In this document: positions 17,183 through 24,093 of the stretch, one piece after another
Numbering within the stretch: the first letter of the stretch is position 1
How the letters are laid out: each line of letters opens with the position of its first letter
NCBI GenBank assembly: GCA_050125095.1
Contig: JASFEA010000023.1
Location: forward strand, 1-28,786
Direction of reading: 5' to 3'
Length of the DNA stretch: 28,786 nucleotides
From: a bacterium
Lineage (GTDB): Bacteria > Arandabacterota > Arandabacteria > Arandabacterales > JALGWA01
The notes under the pieces: generated by a model
Database searches by the model: none
What the model was told of the DNA's origin: nothing
The model's input: only the letters and a program-made list of their open reading frames with translations
Made by a program: the position numbers and the translations under genes

Positions 17183-18853
17183 ATGTCACTTCTCGACAGG
17201 GTGTTCGGCGGCAGGAAGGACGACCATTACTCCAGGGGTATGGAGTACTATACGGCTGGCAAGTATCGCGAGGCCATTCAGGAATTCGAGGAAGTGATAT
17301 CCAGCACCAATGACCGCGGCAACCCCTATTACAACCTTGGAGTTTTTTATGCCGCCAGAGCGCGGGCCAACATCGGCCTCGTCTACTACAGGAAGGGGCA
17401 GTATGAGGAGGCGTTGGCGGAGCTCAGCAAGGCGGTGGAAGTCAATTCGGACTTCCCCGACCTGCACTACTACATAGGGGTTGTATATGAGAATCTCGGC
17501 CGATGCGAAGAGGCCGTGAGGGAACTCGAGACCGCCGTACGGATAAACCCCGAATACGTGGAGGCGCGGTGTCACCTCGCCATATGCCTTCACGAGATCG
17601 GAGACGCAGACGGAGCCAAAACCCACCTTGAGATGGCGATAGACAACGGCCTCGAGATTGGAAACCTGTCGGGCCTGCCCGCATCAGCCAAGTACCACGT
17701 GATGACCGTGGAGCCGATGCTCGACAGCCTCAAGAAGATGCTCAAGGACAAGCGTTCGGCGCAGGACCATATAGACCTGGGCGTCGAGGCTTACAACCAT
17801 GGCGACCTCCACGCCGCCATGGCCGAATTTGAGGCAGCCAGGGAGGCCAAGCCCGCATGGGCTGACGTCAGGGTCAAGCTGGCCATAGTGTATCTGGAAG
17901 AGGGACGGCCGGACGCCGCCATTCCCGAACTAAAAGCCGCCCTCGAAATCAATCCCAGCTATGTCGACGCGCTGTTCTATCTGGGCAGCTCCTACATGAT
18001 CCAGGCCCGGTACTTGGAGGCGCTGGAGGAGTTCAGACGGGCGCGCGACCTCTCGCCCGACTACGCCGACATACACTGCTGCATGGGGCTCACGCTCTTC
18101 AAGATGGGCAAGATCCCGGAGGCCAAGACGGAGTTCGACACCGCCATCAGCCTGATGCCCCGGTACTCGCGGGCCCACTATTACAGGGCCATCTGTCTTT
18201 ACTTCCTGGGCCGCGAGAGGGAGGCGAGAAGGGGCCTGGACCGGGCGCTCGAGCTCGACTCGGGCATCGAGAAGGAGATGGGGATGGCCGGCGACCTCAT
18301 GATCAAGGTCGGGAACTTCGACGGCGCCATTGCAGAGTTCGAGCGCATAATCGCGGATGAGCCCATGAACGCGCCCGTCTACGCCACGCTTGGAGCTGCG
18401 TACCTCCACAAAGGCGATGTGGAGAGGGCCGGAGTCCTTTTCGAGCGGAGTCTGGAGATCAATCCCCAGCTCACCGAGTCGCTCGTCCACATGGGTGATA
18501 TCTTGAGGAGCAAGGGGGATTTCAGGGCCTCGGCGCGGTCCTACGCGAAAGCGAGGGACCTGTCGCCCGGTTACGCCGACGTGAGATTCCGGCTGGGCGA
18601 GGTCTATCTCGCCATGGAGAAACCTGAGAAGGCGGTGGTGGAGCTCGAAGAGGCGATCAAAATCAACCGGAACTTCATAGAAGCCCGGCTGGCGATGAGC
18701 TGGGCGCAGAGGAGGTTAGGCAAGGAAGAAGAAGCGATAAAGCAGCTCGATGAAATACTCAAGATAGACCCGCACCACGTAATAGCCATAGCCCAGAAGA
18801 GGAGTTTTCTCCTGGACAAGCCCGCTACGGGAAGGAGACGCACAGATAAGTGA
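17183..18853 (+). CDS. Tetratricopeptide repeat (TPR) protein, 556 aa
   Basis: Many ~34-aa TPR units (for example LHYYIGVVYENLGRCEEAVRELETAVRINPEY); SD AGGAG; no signal peptide. Confidence 0.92.
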   Translation: MSLLDRVFGGRKDDHYSRGMEYYTAGKYREAIQEFEEVISSTNDRGNPYYNLGVFYAARARANIGLVYYRKGQYEEALAELSKAVEVNSDFPDLHYYIGVVYENLGRCEEAVRELETAVRINPEYVEARCHLAICLHEIGDADGAKTHLEMAIDNGLEIGNLSGLPASAKYHVMTVEPMLDSLKKMLKDKRSAQDHIDLGVEAYNHGDLHAAMAEFEAAREAKPAWADVRVKLAIVYLEEGRPDAAIPELKAALEINPSYVDALFYLGSSYMIQARYLEALEEFRRARDLSPDYADIHCCMGLTLFKMGKIPEAKTEFDTAISLMPRYSRAHYYRAICLYFLGREREARRGLDRALELDSGIEKEMGMAGDLMIKVGNFDGAIAEFERIIADEPMNAPVYATLGAAYLHKGDVERAGVLFERSLEINPQLTESLVHMGDILRSKGDFRASARSYAKARDLSPGYADVRFRLGEVYLAMEKPEKAVVELEEAIKINRNFIEARLAMSWAQRRLGKEEEAIKQLDEILKIDPHHVIAIAQKRSFLLDKPATGRRRTDK

Positions 18854-18863
18854 AGAGGCGGTA

Positions 18864-20282
18864 ATGGAAGGCGAATCGCTCGACCTTTCTGCCATTCTCG
18901 TCTATCCCAATGCGCGGGACGTGGCTCTTTCAAGCCTGGGTTTCCTCAAGGTCCACGGCATGCTCGCCGCCCGGGCGGCCGTGGCCGACATCTCCTACCT
19001 TCCGGACGCGCTCCCCAGCCCGGTGGTCTCAAAGCGGCAATCGCTCCTCCTGGGCGAGGAGACCGGCAGGGAAGCGCGGAGTTTCGACATCATCGGCTTC
19101 TCGGTTTCCTATGAGAACGACTATATCAACGTGGCGAAGCTCCTCGACATGGCCGGGATTGAGCCGTTTGGAGACAGACGGCGCGACGCGTTCCCTCTGG
19201 TTGTGGCAGGGGGCTTCACCATGTTCATGAACCCGCGGCCCCTTGCACCGTTCGCCGATGCCGTCGTCGTGGGCGAGGCGGAACCGGTGGTGGGGGATCT
19301 CCTCAACGTGGTCGCGGAGGGCAAAAGGGAAGAGTGGTCGAGGGACGAGATCCTCAATCGAGTGGCTGGGGTGAAAGGTGTGCTGGTCCCGTCGGTAACC
19401 CGTGGCGAGGTCGAGCGCATCATAGCCGGGCCCGCCGACTTCGCCCCCGAGCCGCCGCGGCTTCCGGGTCAGGACGATGCGCATTTCGGCGAAATGAGGC
19501 TTGTTGAGGTTGGAAGGGGTTGCGGCCGTGGGTGCCTGTTCTGCGCCGCAGGATGCCTCTACAGGCCGGTGAGGATGAGGGATGCGGACGAGGTCATGAA
19601 GGCGGCTGAGGGGGCCCCGAAGGTCGGCCTCGTGGGGCCGGCTGTCGCAGATCACCCGGATTTTGAGCAAATGCTGGCCGAGCTCGTTGGCCGCGGAATA
19701 GGCATCGGCGTCTCTTCGCTCAGGGCAGACAGGATAACAGGTCGAATCGCTGCGCTTCTTGCCCGAGGCGGTATGAGGACGGCCACGATTGCCCCCGAAG
19801 CCGGCCCCGAGGGCTTGAGGGGGAATATAGGCAAGCGGCTTTCGGACGCAGACCTCCTTGAGGGAGTGCGGCTGCTTGCCGGCGCCGGGATTCCCACTAT
19901 AAAACTCTACTTCATGATCGGGCTTCCCGGTGAGACCGATCGTGATGTCGCGGCCATTGTCGAGCTTGTGAGGCGGCTCGCGGGCGTGAGGGGGAAATCC
20001 AGGCTAAGCGTTTCGGCGGCGCCGTTTGTTCCCAAGCCCGGGACGCCGTTCGAAGGTGAGGCATTCGCCGATATGCCGACTCTCAAACGCCGGGCGGACG
20101 TGCTCAAGGAGATCCGGTCAATCAAAGGGTGCACTCTCAAAGTGGCCTCGCTGGAGGGAGCCTGGCTCGAGGCCGCGCTCGCGCGGGCGGACGAAAGCGT
20201 GGCTCCCCTGATCCTCGAGGCCGCGCGGAAGGGGATCAGTCTAAAGACCCACCTCAGACGCTCGGGGTATGGACAGGCCTGA
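18864..20282 (+). CDS. Radical SAM protein with N-terminal B12-binding-like domain
   Basis: CxxxCxxC (EVGRGCGRGCLFC), VYPN...LGF, FDIIGFSVSYEND, GEAE, SSLRAD, TIAPEAG, KLYFMIGLPGET and PFVPKPGTPF. Substrate unknown. Confidence 0.9.
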   Translation: MEGESLDLSAILVYPNARDVALSSLGFLKVHGMLAARAAVADISYLPDALPSPVVSKRQSLLLGEETGREARSFDIIGFSVSYENDYINVAKLLDMAGIEPFGDRRRDAFPLVVAGGFTMFMNPRPLAPFADAVVVGEAEPVVGDLLNVVAEGKREEWSRDEILNRVAGVKGVLVPSVTRGEVERIIAGPADFAPEPPRLPGQDDAHFGEMRLVEVGRGCGRGCLFCAAGCLYRPVRMRDADEVMKAAEGAPKVGLVGPAVADHPDFEQMLAELVGRGIGIGVSSLRADRITGRIAALLARGGMRTATIAPEAGPEGLRGNIGKRLSDADLLEGVRLLAGAGIPTIKLYFMIGLPGETDRDVAAIVELVRRLAGVRGKSRLSVSAAPFVPKPGTPFEGEAFADMPTLKRRADVLKEIRSIKGCTLKVASLEGAWLEAALARADESVAPLILEAARKGISLKTHLRRSGYGQA

Positions 20283-20342
20283 CGCATGGCCCTTAAGGCC
20301 GGTTCACTTGATGGCCTCCCCTGTACCTGGCTCCCAGTCGCT

Positions 20343-21641
20343 TCAATCGCACCTGACAGACAGGGCACCTATGGGTCCGCAGGCTGACGAGTCCGGCCCG
20401 CAAGGGCTTTCATCGGTAAGGTGGAGATCTCCTGCATCCGCATCGCAGAACAGGGGGTCGGCGCTTATATTGCCCTGAATTCCCAGCTGGCGCTCCAGGC
20501 AGTCCTCGTAGTCACCGAGTTCATTGCCGTAGATGTCACTGCAACTGAATGTGCAGGTTGCCTTGGCGTGCCTGCAATAGGCTGCCTGGCCCTGTGAGCA
20601 GAAGGACACGATGCACCTCGTGAGGAAGGCGTCGCTGTTGTCGGTCAGGTGAATCGCCGAACCCGATGTCTCGCCACAGGAGAATCCATGCGAGAAGGTG
20701 CATGATATAATTTGCGGTTCACATCGCCCCTGGCAATGGAGCGAGGAGCCCCAGTGGTCGGCGGTGTCGCTGAAAGACGTGCAAAGCATGACCACGGGCG
20801 ACGCGTCTGCGCAGAAGATGAAGCCTCCGGAGCTGCCGGAGTTATGGGATGAGTAGCAGCCCTTTATCAAGGGTTTGGCGAGCTGGACAAAAATGGCCCC
20901 GCCCGATCCTCCGGTATTGCCCACGAACGTGCATCCTTCTATTACGGGCTCGCCGGGCGAGGAGACCCACATCTCAATCCCTCCGCCGAGTCCTCCCCAG
21001 TTACCCTCAAAATGGGTGTAACGGATAATCGGGGACGCCCCGCTGGCGGATATAGCGCCGCCTCCCGAGGCCGCGTTGGATATGAACCGGCATGAGGTGA
21101 TCAGGGGCTTTGACGCCCCCGTCGCGTACAGCCCGCCGCCTTTATGGGTTGAGATGCAGCCGGAGATCACAAGGCTCACCAGGGTCGGGGAGGACTGGTC
21201 TTCGCACATGATGCCCCCGCCATGTCCGGTGGCCACTCCGTTCATGATAAGAACGCCCTCAATCCTGGTGTCGCCGTCTTCGCCCCCGTGGAAATGGAAA
21301 GCGCGGTGGGGGTTCTCCAGGCTGCCCTCGCAGTCAATGGTGCAGGCGTCCGCCGTCCTGCTCAGCGACCGCACCGTAATGGCCTTGCCGAGAAGATCTA
21401 TGTCTCTGTTTCCTTCGCCCGAATAGCGCCCGTCGGCCAGCTCTACCATGTCCCCGTCGCGGGCGGCGTCAATAGCGTCCTGGATATACGGGTATGGTCC
21501 GCTGCCGTCCGGGCTGACGCCGAGCACCTTCCCCTGGCAAGGATTGGTCGGGCAGTCCTCACCGCAGCCCCAGGCCAGCGTAACGGCGGCGGCCACCAGT
21601 ATGATCAGCCGCGCCCTCATCGGGACCGTGTGTCTTTGCAT
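20343..21641 (-). CDS. Cys-rich right-handed parallel beta-helix (pectin lyase-like / Pmp-repeat) putative lipoprotein (ATG 21641 preferred over GTG 21650)
   Basis: Basic and hydrophobic signal ending in LAWG-C lipobox; IQDAIDAA; repeated FxxN...GG(A/G)I; C-terminal GNISADPLFC...DLHL...SPC; SD AAGGAG before 21641. Confidence 0.85.
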   Translation of the reverse strand: MQRHTVPMRARLIILVAAAVTLAWGCGEDCPTNPCQGKVLGVSPDGSGPYPYIQDAIDAARDGDMVELADGRYSGEGNRDIDLLGKAITVRSLSRTADACTIDCEGSLENPHRAFHFHGGEDGDTRIEGVLIMNGVATGHGGGIMCEDQSSPTLVSLVISGCISTHKGGGLYATGASKPLITSCRFISNAASGGGAISASGASPIIRYTHFEGNWGGLGGGIEMWVSSPGEPVIEGCTFVGNTGGSGGAIFVQLAKPLIKGCYSSHNSGSSGGFIFCADASPVVMLCTSFSDTADHWGSSLHCQGRCEPQIISCTFSHGFSCGETSGSAIHLTDNSDAFLTRCIVSFCSQGQAAYCRHAKATCTFSCSDIYGNELGDYEDCLERQLGIQGNISADPLFCDADAGDLHLTDESPCGPDSSACGPIGALSVRCD

Positions 21642-21656
21642 CGGCCTCACTCCTTA

Positions 21657-21692
21657 TATCGCTTCGGAATCTGCTATCGCTCCGGAACCTGC
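21657..21692. repeat. 18-bp tandem direct repeat, 2 copies
   Basis: TATCGCTTCGGAATCTGC and TATCGCTCCGGAACCTGC are 16/18 identical, immediately 5' of the lipoprotein gene SD. Confidence 0.8.
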
Positions 21693-21715
21693 AGCTGGAT
21701 TCGCTTCTTAAGACG

Positions 21716-21745
21716 ATTCTGCCGGGTGCAGGGGACGATTGTCAA
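21716..21745 (-). promoter_or_regulatory. Candidate sigma70 promoter for the beta-helix lipoprotein gene
   Basis: Minus strand TTGACA (21745-21740), 18-nt spacer, CAGAAT (21721-21716). Confidence 0.45.
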
Positions 21746-21786
21746 TAACTATCCGGCGCGACGGACCGGGCAGCGGGAGAGGCGGT

Positions 21787-21810
21787 TGTGCATTTCAAGA
21801 CCTGACCCCT
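21787..21810. repeat. Dispersed copy of the repeat core seen at 114-230
   Basis: TGTGCATTTCAAGACCTGACCCCT is 23/24 identical to 130-153, in the same orientation. Confidence 0.9.
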
Positions 21811-21864
21811 AAAGGAAAACCCGCCCTGTTCCCTGCGTGACTTGGTTTTAGGACGGGTTCCCTT
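21811..21864 (-). terminator. Probable intrinsic terminator of rpmB
   Basis: Minus-strand RNA stem AACCCGUCCU / AGGGCGGGUU (10 bp, one G-U) with a 22-nt loop, followed by UUCCUUU, about 20 nt after the rpmB stop. Confidence 0.55.
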
Positions 21865-21879
21865 GCTATTCGGTTCTGA

Positions 21880-22071
21880 CTAAGGGGCCTTGGTAACGGC
21901 ACCTGACTTGATGCAGCGGGTGCAGACGTACATCTTCTTCACCTTGCCGCCTATGAGCACCCTGATGCGCTGGAGATTGGGATTCCATCTCCTGTTTGAC
22001 ACATTGTGCGCGTGGCTTACCTGCTTCCCGAAGAGCGGCCCCTTGCCGCATATCTCGCATCTTTTTGCCAT
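21880..22071 (-). CDS. rpmB: 50S ribosomal protein bL28, zinc-binding (C+) type, 63 aa
   Basis: MAKRCEICGKGPLFGKQVSHAHNVSNRRWNPNLQ...VCTRCIKSG with two CxxC pairs; SD GAGGAG before ATG 22071. The longer ORF start at 22179 is unlikely. Confidence 0.97.
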   Translation of the reverse strand: MAKRCEICGKGPLFGKQVSHAHNVSNRRWNPNLQRIRVLIGGKVKKMYVCTRCIKSGAVTKAP

Positions 22072-22103
22072 TTGAGTTCTCCTCGCGTTATTTCCGTAGC
22101 ACA

Positions 22104-22132
22104 AAATTAGCAAAAAAGTGCTTGGGACACAA
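22104..22132 (-). promoter_or_regulatory. Candidate sigma70 promoter for rpmB
   Basis: Minus strand TTGTGT (22132-22127), 17-nt spacer, TGn-extended TAATTT (22109-22104). Confidence 0.5.
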
Positions 22133-22291
22133 TACCGGATTTGCCGATAGAGATTTTGGGGACCCCATGGCCGGTCCACAGGCGGGCTGTATCCATGGGG
22201 AACAGTATCACCCGGGTGTTCGAAGGTCCTTTGCTCAAGAAGGGTCGTTTTGCTTCATCGCCCGGGTACGATTGCGCCCGCGGGAGGGTAT

Positions 22292-23794
22292 ATGGCGCAG
22301 GACGCAGAAGAGAAGGTAGTCCGTGAAGCCCATGAGGCCGAGTACGACCTCTACATAGTGCTGTATGAGGACGAGATCGAGTGCTGCGTCACCCTGACTC
22401 CGAATTACAGGGGCCTCGAGTTCGAAGCGTCCTGGCTCGTTGAGGAACTCGCAAAGGCCGAGGTCACGTTCGGGCTGGACAAGAAAGCCATCGAGGAATG
22501 CTGCAGGAAGGCCTCCGCAGGCGAGGCCGTGGAGGACATCATCGTCGCCCGCGGCAAGCTTCCCGTTCCCGGGGAGGACGGCAGCATAGAGTTCCTGGTA
22601 AAACCCTTCGACGACACGCCCGAGTACGAGGAGGACGAATCGGGCCAGATGAACTTCCGCGAGACCAACCTCTTTGAGAACGCCTCGGAGGGCCAGGTCA
22701 TAGCCAGATCCAAGCCGGCCAGGACCGGGGAGGCCGGCACCACAGTCCAGGGCAAGCCCATTCCCGTGCGCGACCCGGCGAGGGCCCCATTGAGGGCCGG
22801 CACGGGGGCCAAACTCAGCGAGGACAAACAGGAGGTCATCGCCACCATCGACGGCCGCGTCATTTACAGGGCGGGGGCCGTGTCGGTAACCGAGGAGCTG
22901 GTGGTGGACGACGTGGACCTCTCGACGGGCCATATAGACTTCGTGGGCCATGTGCGCGTGAGAGGAGACGTCAACGACGGCTTCAACGTGCGCGGCAGCA
23001 AGGGCATCAGGATATCTGGCGCGGTCGGACACTGCAGGCTCGAGTCCGACGGGGACATCCGCCTGGGCGGGATGAACGGCCTCGAGAACGAGGGCAGCAT
23101 CCGCTGCGGCGGCAATCTCACGGCCAACTATCTCCACGAGGTCAACGTCGAATGCGACGGCGATGTCATGGTCAAGAACGAGGTCATGAACTGCTCCATA
23201 AAGGCCCGGGGCAAGATCACGATCCCCGGCCTGGTGGCCGGAGGCGAATACATAGCGCTCGCCGGCATAGACGTCGGCAGAATCGGCAGCGAGTCAGGCG
23301 TCAAGACATACTTCACCGCCGGATTCGATTACGAAGACATCGAGACCATCGACAGGATGCGCGAGGAACTGGTCAAAATCGGGAGGCTGGAACAGGGCCT
23401 TTCCGCCAAGATGTTAAGGCTCACCCGCCAGGCCGAGAAGTCCAAGATGTCCGACCGCCAGATGGGCGTGATAAAGAACCTCCGGGCTGAGATAGAGGAC
23501 ATTCACAGGCAGAAGAAGCTCATCGAGGCCGAAGTGGAGGGTATACTCGAGAAGAGCGCCCCCTTCGCCAATCCCAAGATCAATATCCGCCGCGAAATGA
23601 ACAGCGGCGCCGTTTTCCGCGTCGGCTTCACGAGAACCCATGTGGAGGATTTCAGGCAGGGCTCGTGTTCGATAATCGAGCACAGGGGCCGCGAGATCAA
23701 ATTCCTGCGCCTCACCCCCCTCAGCAAGAACGGCCGCGAGGTGGAGGAGGAACTCCTGGCCCAGGAAGCCGCCGTTCTCCAGAAAACCACGTAG
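22292..23794 (+). CDS. FapA-family (DUF342) protein (ATG 22292 preferred)
   Basis: IVARGKLPVPGEDG, G.TVQGKPIP, ATIDG, VDLSTGHIDFVGHVRVRGDVNDGFNV, beta-helix-like repeats, a coiled coil and a C-terminal NPKINI segment; SD GGGAGG. Confidence 0.88.
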   Translation: MAQDAEEKVVREAHEAEYDLYIVLYEDEIECCVTLTPNYRGLEFEASWLVEELAKAEVTFGLDKKAIEECCRKASAGEAVEDIIVARGKLPVPGEDGSIEFLVKPFDDTPEYEEDESGQMNFRETNLFENASEGQVIARSKPARTGEAGTTVQGKPIPVRDPARAPLRAGTGAKLSEDKQEVIATIDGRVIYRAGAVSVTEELVVDDVDLSTGHIDFVGHVRVRGDVNDGFNVRGSKGIRISGAVGHCRLESDGDIRLGGMNGLENEGSIRCGGNLTANYLHEVNVECDGDVMVKNEVMNCSIKARGKITIPGLVAGGEYIALAGIDVGRIGSESGVKTYFTAGFDYEDIETIDRMREELVKIGRLEQGLSAKMLRLTRQAEKSKMSDRQMGVIKNLRAEIEDIHRQKKLIEAEVEGILEKSAPFANPKINIRREMNSGAVFRVGFTRTHVEDFRQGSCSIIEHRGREIKFLRLTPLSKNGREVEEELLAQEAAVLQKTT

Positions 23795-23815
23795 GCAATA
23801 CGCCACCCCACCCGG

Positions 23816-23844
23816 TTGACAACGCCTCCCGGTCATAGTATCTT
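23816..23844 (+). promoter_or_regulatory. Sigma70 promoter upstream of DUF1858-recG
   Basis: TTGACA (23816-23821), 17-nt spacer, TATCTT (23839-23844); SD TAAGGAG before ATG 23887. Confidence 0.75.
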
Positions 23845-23886
23845 GAGCTCGAGCAAGCATTCAGGCCTTCCAGTTAAGGAGCGGAC

Positions 23887-24093
23887 ATGAAAGTAACCAA
23901 AGACACCGTAATCGGTGAAGTGCTGAAGGCACATCCCGAGGCCATCAGAGTACTGATGAAGTACAACATGGGCTGCGTGGCCTGTATGGGGGCTACGGCC
24001 GAGTCCATCGAGCAGGGTGCGGCCATGCACGGCATAGACCCTGAACCTCTAGTAAAGGAGCTCAATGAGCTCTTTGGCGGGGAAGAATCGTAA
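23887..24093 (+). CDS. DUF1858 family small CxxC protein (hybrid-cluster-protein-associated redox disulfide domain-like)
   Basis: TKDTVIGEVLKAHPE...GCVAC...ESIEQGAAMHGID...LVKELN pattern. Confidence 0.88.
   Translation: MKVTKDTVIGEVLKAHPEAIRVLMKYNMGCVACMGATAESIEQGAAMHGIDPEPLVKELNELFGGEES

Noticed and set aside
20283..20342. Bidirectional terminator between the convergent radical SAM and lipoprotein genes
   Set aside because: Only a short GGCC-CTTAA-GGCC stem is present, without U tracts.
22124..22150. Complete sigma28 (FliA) promoter for the FapA-family gene
   Set aside because: The -10 GCCGATAG fits, but the -35 position reads GGGA rather than TAAA. It is kept only as a note in the leader finding.
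22105..22165. c-di-GMP-I riboswitch (GCAAA...GGGACACAA..CCGG resemblance)
   Set aside because: There is no GNRA-capped P2 stem or matching P3, and the segment is better explained as the rpmB promoter on the opposite strand.
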